The notes under the pieces are model-generated. The model was not told the DNA's origin. It searched no databases and saw nothing but the letters and a program-made list of their open reading frames with translations. Source: Octopus vulgaris (taxonomy: Eukaryota). Taken from it: DNA of 64,000 nt. Shown here in pieces: positions 51,411 through 63,743 of the stretch. The translations under genes were made by a program, and so were the position numbers. The stretch spans positions 73,780,001-73,844,000 of the forward strand of contig OX597819.1 in NCBI GenBank assembly GCA_951406725.2. The letters run 5' to 3'. Position 1 is the stretch's first letter; each line of letters begins with the position of its first letter.

Positions 51411-53934
51411 GCTTTATATTATAATATTGACTGTTTTCATGATTATTTGCTGAAAAAATATTTATAGATTTTTCATCATCGTCATCATTGTTTTTATGCT
51501 CACTTTCCCATGCTTGCATAGGACAAAATTTATTAAGGCAGATTTTCTGCAGTCAGATGCCCTTCCCTTGTTATTAGCCTTTACCTGTTTCCAAATACGG
51601 TAATATTTCCCCCTTGACCAGACATTTTCCCATAGAATATTGCAAATGAATGATCTTGTTAGATTTGTTTCCAATATTCTGTGAAAACATATCTGGCTAT
51701 GGAGAAATATTATTTAAATTATTAAATAAAATCATTACAAAAATGATTATCATCTTCATTGTTATTTTACTTCCACTTTCTATGCTGGTAGGGATGGGTT
51801 GAACAGGTCATCACAGTTGGAGTCAGTTTTTACATGGAGACCTTCCCTTCAAGGTGTGGCCCCTGGCTACAATTCTCATATGTTTTCATTTGGCAGGGTT
51901 TTTACAGCTGGATGCCCTTCCTAACACCAACCACTTCACACAGCATACAGGGTGCAGTTATTTGTAACACTGGCATTAGAGAGTTGTATCTTATTCTCTA
52001 TTAAATAAACTTCATTGGTTTCAATTAATTTACATTAATTAAAATATAATTTATCTAAGACCAGAAATTGCTAAAACAAAAACAACTGCTGGGTTCTATG
52101 AGTTTTCATTTATTGGCATGGTTGCAGTGAATTTATTGAAATTGGTGTGTGGGAGGAGCACTTTCTGTTACGGTTCTGGTGTATATGGTGAGTTGAACTC
52201 AGTAGTGCTTCAAGTGTTCGGCTGTACTTAACCATGGTGCCTATTGATAAATGAACTAGAATGATGACTAGCTTGTATTGCTCAAAGACAATTGCATCAA
52301 CAAACTCCTTTTCTAGTCAGTTTTTACATCCATTCTTCCATGGTAGCATGGGTTAGATGATTATATTATTGAGGTGGTGTTTACTGCTGGATGCCTGTCC
52401 TGTCACTAACTCATCTGTTTTCTATCTTCAAAGGTGTGAAATATTAGTATTAATTATTAACTTAGTATAATTTCTTTTATATCGTGGAAGGATTCTGACC
52501 TTCCACATGTGACTAAAAGTGGACTAAGACATTTCTATTAAATAGACAACTTTTGGGTCGTTAACAATTTGTGTTGGTAGCTGGTTACTGTGAGCCTTTG
52601 CTACAGAATGTTGAATCTTGTGTAATAGTAATAGTAGTGCATTGTATATATACTTCTCCCCTGCTTTGTTTTATATCCGATACAAGGATATAAAATATAA
52701 ACCTGTTCCTCCTGTTTTAATTAAATACAGAATCGCTATCTGTGTACCATACCTAATATATGTACATACTGAAAAGCATGATGTAACTTTGTCAAGGAGA
52801 AAATCTCTTCATAGACTTGTATTACAAAAACAATATATATAGGTACAGGTGTGGCTGTGTGGTAAGAAGCTTGCTTCCTAGCCACATGGTTCCAGGTCAG
52901 TCTCACTGTTTTCTGCTATAGCCTGAAGGCTGACCAAATCTTTGAGAGGATTTGGCTGACAGAATGTGAAAGAAGCCTGTCAGATGTGTGTATACATATA
53001 TAGGTATATATTGCTCCCACCCCTATCGTGATAATTGGTGTTGGTGTGTTTATGTCACTGTAACTGAGCGGTTTGGCAAGAGAGACCGATAGAATAAGTA
53101 GCAGGTTTAAAAAAAATGTACTTGGGTCAATTTATTTGGCTAAAAATTCTTCAAGGGAGTGCCTCAGCATGATCACAGTGTAATGCCTGAAACAAGTAAA
53201 GGATATATTAAAGTAAGGTGAATATTGTTGCAAGTGACTCATAAGAATATCAGGCACTTTTCAAATGCACACCAAGTTTACTATGGCTCTGCAAGCTTTC
53301 TGCAATATTAGTGAATGTATTATTCACTGTTCTCTATGTATCAAAGGGGACAGTTTTGTCTAGGTATGTGGTAACTGGGTATACATCATGGACATGGCTC
53401 ATAAAGGCTGAAACATGTCTGTCATTCTCAGGAGTCATTGCTGAGATGATATTTCGTCTTGCTCTCATATATATTATGCTTTTAACACAATGTAGTTAAA
53501 AAGATTTTCTTTCAGACAAAATTCATAGCATCATGCTTTTCAAATGGTTTATATACATTAGATATGATGCACAAATAACTATTTTAATTTAATGCTGTTT
53601 CATATGTCAAGACAATAGCTCAATCCACTGAATGACAAGGTTTAACTAGAAAGTCCTTTATAAGCCATCATTAAAACTTATTTTCTGTAACACAGTTCTT
53701 CACATCACCACTTGTTCAATTGTTTTATTATTTCTAGTTTCTCACCTTCATCTTACATGATTCTATTGACCTGCTTCATCGTCATCATTTAACATCCATT
53801 TTTCCTGCTGGCATGGGTTGGAAGGTTTGAGAGGTGCTGGTGAGCTGGAGAGCTTCAACTGGCTCCAGTCTGTTTTGATATAGTTTCTATGGCTGGATGG
53901 CATTCCTAATGCCAGTGACTCTACACGTTGTAAT

Positions 53935-54343
53935 GAGTGCCTTTTATGTGGCACCAACACTGATGATTATAATGTGGCACCAGCATGGGTGCTTTCTATG
54001 TGGGGCCAGCACTGGTGCTTTCTGCATGGCATGAGCACAGGTGCATATAATGTGGCGCCAGTACAGGTGTATATAATATGGTACCAGTATGGATGTTTTC
54101 TCTGTGGCACCAGCACAGGTGCATATAATGTGGGACCATCATGGGTGCTTTCTGTGTGGCACCAGCACAGATGCATATCACATGGCACCAGCACTGGTGC
54201 TTTCTATGTGACACCAACACAGGTGCATATAATGTAGCACCAGCATAGGTACTTTCTATGTGGCACCAGCACAGGTGCATATAATGTGGGATCAGCATGG
54301 GTTCTTTTTATGTGTCACCAGCACAGGTGCATATAATGTGGGA
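53935..54343. repeat. 26-bp minisatellite (GTGGCACCAGCACAGGTGCATATAAT / GTGGCACCAGCATGGGTGCTTTCTAT variants)
   Basis: Roughly 15 units visible, embedded in family-B SINE sequence. Confidence 0.9.
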
Positions 54344-55322
54344 CATCCACTTTCTATGTAGACATGGGTTGGATGGTTTGTTGCAGTTTCAGTCAGTTCT
54401 TACTCAATGCTACTGCTTGCCTAGTTCAGAGACCATATCTCGTCTGTACTTTTTATTTTCAGCTGGATGCTCTTCCTGTCACTAACCACTGCTATAGAGC
54501 CTACCAGGTGTATTGAGACACCAGCACAATACACAGTGTGCCAAGTTATTGACAAGACAAGAATCAAGAGTCTTCCTCACTCTACATTGTCTCTCCATCT
54601 ATTTGCTTAAGCCACAGTTTATCATGACAGCAGTGAGCTTGCATTGTACTCTGCAATATTGTTACATGTCAGTATATAAGCATATTAAAATAATATATGA
54701 TGAACAGGGTACAGGCATGGCTGTGTGCTTGCAAAGTTTACTTCCCAACCACATGGTTCTGGATTCAGTCCCACTGTGTGGCACCTTGGTCAAGTGTCTT
54801 CTACTATAAAACCTTGGGCTGACCAAAGACTTGTGAGTGGATTTGGTAGAAAGAAACTGAAAGAAGCCTGTTGTATCATCATCATCATTATCATTTAATG
54901 TCTGCCTTCTATGCTGGCATGGGTGGGATGGTTTGACAGGTGCTGGCCAGGCACAAGCTTGCACCAGACGTCTGTGACTGTTTTGGCAGGATTTTTACAG
55001 CTGGATGCCCTTCTGAACACCAACCACTTTACAGTGTGGATTGGATGCTTTGTATATGTGTGTGTGTGAGAACGCGCATGTCTTTGTGTCTGTGTTTGTC
55101 CCCCACCACTGCAAGACAACAAGCGTTACTATGTTTGTGTACCCATGACTTAGTGGTTTAGCAAAAGAGAGCAATAGAATAAGTACCAGGCTTAAAAGAA
55201 AAAATAGTACTGGGGTTGATTCCTTCAACTAAAAACTCTTTAAGGTGGTGCTCCAGCATGGCCCCAGTCTAATGACCGAAACAAGTAAAGAATAAAAGAT
55301 GCAAGAATGGTAATGTGAACGA

Positions 55323-55328
55323 TTTATT
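55323..55328 (-). terminator. Candidate MEIOB polyadenylation signal AATAAA
   Basis: TTTATT on +, about 100 nt beyond the MEIOB stop. Confidence 0.5.
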
Positions 55329-55431
55329 GACTTCTTTGAAAAGAATTATTATGAGATAAAAATAACAATATTATATTTACCAGTTATAAATAAGACAGCA
55401 GCAGAAAGGGATCAAGCATTAATTTTTAATA

Positions 55432-55539
55432 TTATTTCTTGTGTTGGTAATAAGTGACCAGTTCTTGCAGATCAACAGGCACACAGTGTAGGACTTTAAT
55501 TCTATGAGGTTGGCGATTAGATTCTTGTTGTCTCTGGAT
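55432..55539 (-). CDS. MEIOB: MEIOB terminal exon
   Basis: ttcag|IQRQQESNRQPHRIKVLHCVPVDLQELVTYYQHKK*. Confidence 0.85.
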   Translation of the reverse strand: MQRQQESNRQPHRIKVLHCVPVDLQELVTYYQHKK

Positions 55540-58500
55540 CTGAAGAAGGCAGAATCAAACTAAATTAAAGATGGGAGGAAATATGAATTCTTTTGAAGAT
55601 ATTTCATTTTCATTTTTTTTATTTGAAAGTTGAGCAGTTAGTTTAGTGGGTTAGAACATTGTGCTAATAATAGGAATGTCAAGGGTTCAAACCCCATACT
55701 TGCCATATAATCTAATTTTGCTCCCTTTGCAACCATGTCGTTTTGAGGTTCAGTCCCACAGCATGGCACCTTGGAAGAATGTTGTGTGTGTATATCTCTT
55801 TTCTTTTCTTTTCTCTTTTATTTGTTTCAGTCATTAGATTGTAGCCATGCTGGAGTGTCACCTTGAAGAATTTTTAGTCAAACAAATTGACGTATTTTTT
55901 TTAAGCCTGGTACTTGTACTATGGGGGATGTAAATACACCAACATTGGTTGTCAAGCAATGGTAGGGGACAAACATGGACACACACACACACACACACAC
56001 ATTGTAGAAAACATAAGTCCAAAAGAAGAAGCACACTCTAAGATGTAGAGCAGTATATATTAAAAATGGGGAAGGCTGGCTTATGCGATTACCTTAGGCT
56101 TCCCATCCATATAAGGGTTTAGCTTTATGGAGTATTATCAGATCCCAAAAACCTGTTGTCCCAACAGGTTTTTGAGATCTAACGATACTCCATAAATCTA
56201 AACCCTTAATCGATGGGAAACCTAAGGTAATTCTATAAACCGGCCTTCCCCATTTTTAATATATATATATATACATATATACGAAGGGCTTCTTTCTGTT
56301 TCCGTCTACCAAATCCACTGACAAGGCTTTGGTTGGCCTGAGGCTATAGTAGAAGACACTTGCCCAAAGTGCCATGCAGTGGGACAAGAAAAGAAATTCG
56401 TAAATAGTAAGGTTATGAAATTGATATTTTAATTTGAACATCTGATTAAAATTTCAGTTTCAGTTTTAACCAAATATATTAGGTGCAACAGAAAAACATC
56501 CCATGTTTTACATGGCTATTGGTGTGGTCCTTATCAACTTAAGTGGGTGGTAACAATGTCTTTATCTAATTAATCGTTTACTGTGCTTCTTAAATTAACA
56601 TCAGAATACACTGAAATTTTGTTATTGAAACTTTTATCAAGGATGATGAATCTAGGATGGTTTCTTTTTTTGGCACATCTTGTATAACTTGTTAAAATAA
56701 CCCATTCCTTGCTGAAGCCCAGTATTTTTCCACAGAAGCCATTTTAGGAGAAACTGCTCCAAAATTTTAACCTCTTACCCATTGTACTTCACAATGTATT
56801 GATGATAACTAAATTGGTAAAATATTCCATGAATTTAATTTGATTTTTAAAACTTGCCACTTTGGTAGTTGTAAAAACATAACAAGCTATATCTACCTTG
56901 AAATATATTTTGAATCGTTCAAACAGGACTTTCCACTTCAGTTCTGTCTTTCTATTTTCACTCAACTGAACGAATTGAGCAGCCTACAAGGGAAAGTGCA
57001 AGAAAGAGAAAATATACAAGAAATTAGGAATCAAACCAGTTTTGGAAGGATAGGAAAGTATTAGATATATAAGCCCTAAAAATTCAGTCTATAATTGCCC
57101 ATGGGCATATGGCATAGAGATTAAGAGCACGGACTATTAAACCCAAGATTCCGAGTTTGATTCCAAGCAGTGACCTGAATAATAATAATAATAATAATAA
57201 TACTATTTTGGTGTGTACAGTAGTAGTAGTAATCCTTTCTACAAATGGCACAAGGCCTGAAATTTTGGGGGAGGGGACTAGTTGATTACATGGACCCCAG
57301 TGTTTATTGACCCCCGAAAGGATGAAAGACAAAATTGACCTCAGTGGAACTTGAACTTTGAACGCAAAGACAGATGAAATGTTGCTAATCATTTTGCCTG
57401 GCATGCTAATGGTTCTGCCAGCTCACCAACTTAATAATAATTTTGGCACAAGGCCAGTAATTTTGAGAGAGGGGTAAGTTGATTAAAATGATCCAGTGTT
57501 CAATCTTGAAAGGATGAAAAGTAATGCTGACCCCAGTGGAATTTGAACTCAGAATGTAAAAACAGACAAAATGCTGCTAAGCATTCTATTTGATGTGCTA
57601 ACAATTCAGCCTTAACCATGGGGAAATATTACCTTTCTTGGAAACAGATGAGGGCTGGTGAGAGGAGGGGCATCTGACCATAGAAACTCTGCCTCAATAA
57701 ACTTTGTCCAACCTTTGCAAGCATGGAAAAGTGGATGTTAAAATGTTGATGATAATTACTGGCTATAGTAGAAGACACTTGTCCAAGGTGCCAAGCAGCG
57801 GGACTGAACCTGGAACCATGTGGTTGGTAAGCAAGCTACTTACCACACAGCCTCTCCTGCGCCTATATATATAATGATAGAATATCTCCATATTTATAAA
57901 TGGCTGGATATAATTTTACTCACTTTCTTTTTCTACCTATTTATATAACAGCTTTGTTTCACTTTACTTTCCTTCTCCTCCCTCCCTCCCCTCCTCCAGC
58001 CACACCTGTCAAAGCAGTGCTCCAGCATGGTCACAGCCCAGTGACTGAAGTAAAAGATGAAAGTTAAAATACATGGAAATTTAATAAAGAGAAAGTTGTT
58101 GAGGTAAAACAATATTGTATACTGACTGAAATGTTGAGAAGGTTTTCAACAAGGTCATTGTTAACGAAGCATTTCCTTATTGTGTCTGTACAGTCTGAGA
58201 AAGAGATTGTCAGATAGAACTTTATCAGGGGAGACTTCATATTATCATAAGTAGATTCACAGTTGCTGTTTAAACAGATTGGAGACTCTGCACTCATTGG
58301 AAACATGCAATCAGGGCTGAAATAATTGAAGAAAACAAAAAAAAAAAAATTACTAGTTGTTTACATCATAAGAATTTAGAGACTATGAGAGAACATGAAA
58401 TAATTCATGTTTAATGGATGAACTTGAAGGAGATAAAGCTATAAATAACTGCATTTAAATATTGGGTTAAAAAACCTTTTGGATAGTAAAAGTTGAAGGT

Positions 58501-61500
58501 TGTCAGCCTTTGATTTTATGTACTTTGAGTTCAATCACAGACCCTGCCAATTTCCTCCACAAAATCAGGATAACTGTGGCCTGTCTGAGAGATGAATCTC
58601 ATGAGGTTGGGTGGCAGTGAGTGTCACTGGCCATTCTCTGTAGCAATGCCTTTGCAATCATGTCTGTGAGGCATGGCAAAACATGCCATTTGTTATGGCG
58701 TGTACAACCCATTATTTCCTCTACCCCCGCTACCTTCTGCTACTTACCCCCCCTTTTTTTCTTTTTGTTTCCATGGTGAGGTAGTTAGGGTATTTTACCT
58801 CCATAATTTTATACTTTTAATGTTTTTTTCTTTCTTTTCTTCCTGTAAAAATATGTTGTTAATAAAACGGAAGATGCAAAAATTTAAAAAACAAATTATT
58901 TCACATTTTAAGGTTTTTTAAAAATTTCATGCTAATTTTTGTTAATAAACAGAAGTGTTTAACTTATAAACTTAGAAGGTTGTTTTTTAGGTAAATATAA
59001 ATATATCAAATATTGTGAAAACATAAATGTCATTTAAAATTTTGTAGTAACCTCTTTAAGCAATGTTTAATAAAACTAACTCTGTGAGGTGTCAGCTTGT
59101 TGACCAAAGATATCAGCTGGTTGATTGATGGGTTGTATTAATATCCCTGATGTGAAGCTTCTATTTCTGAAGAGTGTTGATGATGATGTTGATTGTTAAG
59201 TCATCCTAACTATACTGAGGTACTGTAGACTTCTACAAACCAGAAGAGTGCACTGTATAATTCTTTCTGCTATAAGCAAAAGATGTGAAGTTTGGGGAGA
59301 AGGGGCTGGTTTGTTACATTGACCCCAGTGCATGACTGATACTTATTTTATCAGCCCCAAAAAGGTGAAAGGCAAAGCTGACCTCAACAGCATTTGAACT
59401 CAGAATGTAAAAAGTCTAAAGAAGTGCCTTTTAGTGTTTTATTTGATGTGAAAATGATTCTGGTTGCTTGTTACCTTTGTTCACTCTATACCTAACAGCT
59501 GTTTCAGTGTCTGGCAGAATGTTGTTTAAGTCCTCCTCTGCACCACGTGTCCATGACAGGAACGAACTCCCTGAGGCTGAAGTGTGTTTTTTGTATATAT
59601 TAAATCAATGGTTCCGAAAGTGGGTGGTAGTTCTCCCCTTGGGAGTGGTGGAAAGTTCGAAGGGGATGTTGAAGAAAAGTGGGGCAATAATGGGGTAGTA
59701 ATTCATGTAAAAATTGGGGTGACAATGGGGTGGTAATTCATGTAAAAACAACAAAATAATGGGTTCATTAGGTTAAGTTTTAATTGTGAAATACAGTTAT
59801 TTTGAATTTCTTTGAAAAAGAGGTCTATGCTTGTGATGGTTAGTTGGGGTGGGTGTCAAGGAGACAGCAGCCCAAAAAAGTTTGGGAACCACTGGGTTAA
59901 ATGAAGAGGAAGTTTTTAAACAGTGAACTTAAAACCCTATAAGCTGAAGGGTTTTTTCTTTTTTTTTAAGCTACATCTAAGTTTAATTAGTGAAGGTGCA
60001 TGGCTCAGTGGTTAGGAGGTCAGGCTCACAATCATGAGGTAGTGAGTTCAATTCCCTGACCAGGTTGTGTGTTATGTTCTTCTTGAGTAAGACACTTTAT
60101 TTCACATTGCTCCAGTTCACTCAGCTGTAGAAATGAGTTGCAGCATCACTGGTGTTAAATTGTATTGGCCTTTGCCTTTCCCTTGGAGAGGAGAGACTGG
60201 TATGCATGGGTGACTGCTGGTCTTCCATAAACAACCTTGTCCAGACTTGTGCTTTGGAGGGCAATTTCTAGGTGCAATCCCATGATCATTCATGACTGAA
60301 GGGAATCTTTGCTCTATTTTTAAAGTTTTATTATCAATTTATGTGAGAATTTCAATGAAGAGCCAGTAAAAGCATAAACATGCAAATTAGGCTATCCTCA
60401 ATAGTACTGACCAAATTCCCGACTGCTTTATATAGCAATTTGTCTATGCTATTGGTTGGGAAAAGATGCTGGGCAGGCCTTCTCTGAAGAGTGGTTAACA
60501 AACCATAAAACAGTTTGTCAGGGGACTACATCCTTCGTCTTTTTCCCCGCACATTAATAACTTAGAAAGAATGTGTTTGCATTCTTTATTTAAACTATAG
60601 TATGGTACATTATATAATATATTAAAATCAGTCATATGAAAATAATAATAGTAACAACAACATCAAATATAAAATTAAACATTGAAAGTAAAATTTATGA
60701 TAATTAATTCAATAAATTATAAAACAAACTGAATGTAAAAAGTCATTCTACCAGTAAAACTGTATGTAATTCTTATTGGTTGCGTCCACATTAAACCAAC
60801 TAATAAAACTGTAAGAGTAACCAAATATATCTTGGCCAGAAGGAACTTTTAATAGATCATTGATTTCTTTAACTGTGTACACATCAGTAATAGAAGAGGC
60901 TGAAATGGGAGAGACGGTTCAAATTAATTAGAGGTAATCAAAACGTTAGAAAATAATTTAAATAAATAACAGTTTTATATTGATTTTATCACGTTCCATA
61001 GAATAAAAGCTCTATTCTGAGTTTCATGTTTCTGTTATTCACATGCAGAGAGTATTTTTTTCTTGTTTATAAATGAATGCATATGATCATTGTTTCAAAT
61101 ATCCACTTATCTCCACTTACTTCTGTCTGACTCTTGCAAGCAAAGAAAAGTGGATGTTAAAACGATGATGATGATAATGATGATGACGACAATGACGACG
61201 ATGATGATGATGATGATGGTAAAGAAATAAATAAGACAAATGCCAAAAAATATCTTCTAGAGAATGATGAATGCTACCAAACTGATCCACTTTTGAAGCT
61301 AAAATGTTTAGCAGTGACCCAGTGGCCCATAAAGCTTTATGTAACAGGTGTGGCTGTGTGGTAAGAAGTTTGCGTCCTAACCACATGTCCTACTGCTGTG
61401 TGGTACCTTGGGCAAATGTCTTTTACTTCAGCCTCAAGCAACCAAAGTGTTGTGAGTGGATTTGGTTGAGGAAAACGAATAGAAGCCCATACATATATGT

Positions 61501-61759
61501 GTGTGTGTACGTACATATATAGAAGATTATTATAAGTTAATTTAAACAATAATCTTTTTTATACCAACTAATTTAAATAGATAAAAAGTTGTTGTATTGA
61601 AGATATAATTGTTTATATATCTTTTGTTGCAGTTATACATAGAAGAAGACTTAGACACTTAATTATATACATTTATATACACACATATATGTGTGTGTAT
61701 ATATATATTGTTTTTTGTTTCAGCTCAGAGCTGCGGCCATGCTGATGCACCGCCATTAC

Positions 61760-61854
<95 letters not shown>

Positions 61855-63743
61855 CATACATGTGAAGGCACATGGCTCAGTGGTTAGAGCGTCAAGCTTA
61901 TGATCGTGAGGTTGTGGGTTCGAATCGCGAAGCAGGCTGCGTGTTGTGTCCTTGAGCAAGACACTTTATTTCAGGTTGCTCCAGTTCACTCAGCTGTATT
62001 GGCCTTTGCCTTTCCCTTGGATAACATTGGTGGTGTGGAGAGGGGAGGTTGGTATGCATGGGCAACTGGTGGTCTTCCATAAACAACTTTGCCCAGACTT
62101 GTGCCTGGGAGGGTAACTTTCTAAGTGCAATCCCATGGTCGGTCATGACCAAAGGGGGTCTCAGCAATATGTATGTATATATATAGATATATATAAATAT
62201 ATATATAGATGGTTGCACCAGGCTCCAATCTGCCAGATCAAGATTGGAGCCTGGTGCAGCCATCTGGTTCACCAGCCCTCAGTCAAATCATCCAACCCAT
62301 GCTAGCATGGAAAGCGGACATTAAACGATGATGATGATGATATATATGTAAGAGTAAATGTAAGGACAAGCAAGTTAGGCAAGTTAATATACAAAAAATA
62401 TTAAATACTTTTCATACGAAAAATGTACATAGTTTACATATAAAAAAAGTCTGATTTATGCAGAATAGCAAGGATATCAGGAATTAAAGGAGTTGAATTA
62501 GAGTTTTACAAGTCCAACAGCTGTTTCTGGTGGTGGTGGGGTCTTGATGGTCTATAATAATGATAATCGTAACTTGATTCCATCATCGGATAACACCAGC
62601 CTCTGCCCTCAGAGAAGAGTTTTACATTTGAGCTGTTGACAGAATGGAGTTTAAAGATGAAATCCAATGATGGAATCAAATGACAATCATAATTATTTTG
62701 CACTACCAAGCCCCCAGAAACAGCTGTTGGACTTGTAGAACTCTTACTCAGCCCCTTTAATTCCTGATATCATTTCTATTCTGTCTAAGTCAGACTTGTG
62801 TATACATATGTACATTTTTTGTATGAAATGTATTTAATATTTTTTGTATATCAAGGTGGTGAGATAGCAGAAATGTTTGCACACCAGGCGAAATGCTTAG
62901 CAGTATTTCGTCTGTCTTTATGTTCTGAGTTCAAATTCCGCCGCGGTTGACTCTGCTTGCTATCCTTTTAGGGTCAATAAATTAAGCACCAGTTGAATAC
63001 TGGGGTTGATCTAATCGACTGGCCTCCTCCCCCAAAATTTTCGGGCCTTGTGCCTATAGTAGAAAAAAAAATTTTTTGTATATTGACTTGCCTAATTTGC
63101 TTGTCCTTACATTTTACTCCTCTACCTGCTCAAGTTCAAATCTCTTGAGCACCATGAAGTATATTCTACACAGACAATACTAGTCTCTGAATATATATAC
63201 ATACATGTGTATGTATATGTCTCCTTGCCTTGACAGTGTGTAATAGTTGTAAATGAATGTCACTGTCATACAGGCAATGTTGTTCATTTCCAGTGTTTCA
63301 TGTAAAACATGTCTGGTCATGGAGAAATATTGCTGTCCTTGGGAACAGGTGAAGGTTGGTGACAGGAAAAACATCCAGCCATAGAAAATCCACCTCAACA
63401 AATTCTGTTTGACTCACATAAGCATGAGAAAGTGTACATTAAAATAATAAAAACAATGCAAGCACCAAAATAAGGTAAGTGGTGAGAAAACAGATTTGGG
63501 ATGTTGAACTGATTGTTCCCTGTTGAAGTGTCTGATGGGATAATTCAGTGTAATTAGTGAAGTGAACATTACTGAAACGAAGAGAACAGTGAGAGTGCTT
63601 TCATCTAAGATGATGTGAGTAATTATTTAAATAAAGATGAAGAGAAATCTTACGATCAGGAATATTATTTACATCATCCTCTATTTCTTCAATGTCTTGG
63701 TGGTTTTCGGCATATACGTACAGATGCTGAGCTTCTTCAATCT
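55432..63743 (-). CDS. MEIOB: Meiosis-specific OB-fold protein MEIOB, last five coding exons (5' part lies right of the window)
   Basis: Exons join in phase. Match to human MEIOB C-terminus: IEEA..L, SITDVYTVKE, CPDC...C..C, FYLTISFSDCTDTI, KTELKWKVLFERFKIYFK, IKVLHC. Confidence 0.9.
55632..55705 (+). pseudogene. tRNA-Ile(AAT) pseudogene
   Basis: Colinear with eukaryotic tRNA-Ile-AAT (GTTAG.T.AGT.GGTTAGA.C.T.GTGCTAATAA...GGGTTC.A.CCCC.TAC..GCCA). Anticodon at 55666-55668. Stems are broken. Confidence 0.75.
56054..56266. repeat. Palindrome with ~105-bp arms and 3-nt loop
   Basis: TTAAAAATGGGGAAGGC... / ...GCCTTCCCCATTTTTAA. Centre ACCTGTTG-tcc-CAACAGGT. Confidence 0.88.
56897..56983 (-). CDS. 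MEIOB: MEIOB penultimate exon
   Basis: tgtag|AAQFVQLSENRKTELKWKVLFERFKIYFK|gtagat, cf. human [29 protein letters not shown]. Confidence 0.92.
58127..58316 (-). CDS. MEIOB: MEIOB exon (3rd from end; zinc-ribbon/OB fold)
   Basis: ttcag|CPDCMFPMSAESPICLNSNC...FYLTISFSDCTDTIRKCFVNNDLVENLLNIS|gtcagt. Confidence 0.88.
59606..59894. mobile_element. hAT/Charlie-like MITE
   Basis: TIRs CAATGGTTCCGAAA / TTTGGGAACCACTG. TSD taTTAAAT / ggTTAAAT. Internal ~35-bp tandem duplication. Confidence 0.72.
60752..60899 (-). CDS. MEIOB: MEIOB exon (4th from end)
   Basis: ttcag|PSSITDVYTVKEINDLLKVPSGQDIFGYSYSFISWFNVDATNKNYIQFY|gtagaa, phase 1/2. Confidence 0.88.
62352..63119. repeat. Large fold-back element; right arm interrupted by a family-C SINE with a 13-bp TSD
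   Basis: GAGTAAATGTAAGGACAAGCAAGTTAGGCAAGT.. mirrors ..ACTTGCCTAATTTGCTTGTCCTTACATTTTACTC. ATTTTTTGTATAT is duplicated at 62839 and 63071. Confidence 0.82.
63654..63743 (-). CDS. MEIOB: MEIOB exon (5th from end)
   Basis: accag|..IEEAQHLYVYAENHQDIEEIEDDVNNIPD|gtaaga, phase 1/1. Confidence 0.85.

Noticed and set aside
53392-53425. Hammerhead-like CTCATAA-AGGCT-GAAACATGTC (and similar at 12472-12515)
   Set aside because: The core is too degenerate and the stems are unsupported, so it cannot be distinguished from chance without a family consensus.
53967-54298. Repetitive ORFs or CRISPR-like array
   Set aside because: Units are contiguous with no unique spacers, there are no cas genes and the context is eukaryotic. 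It is a minisatellite.
56641-56720. C/D-box snoRNA-like ATGATGA...CTGA
   Set aside because: It is antisense to the host MEIOB intron, has a weak terminal stem and no recognisable rRNA guide.
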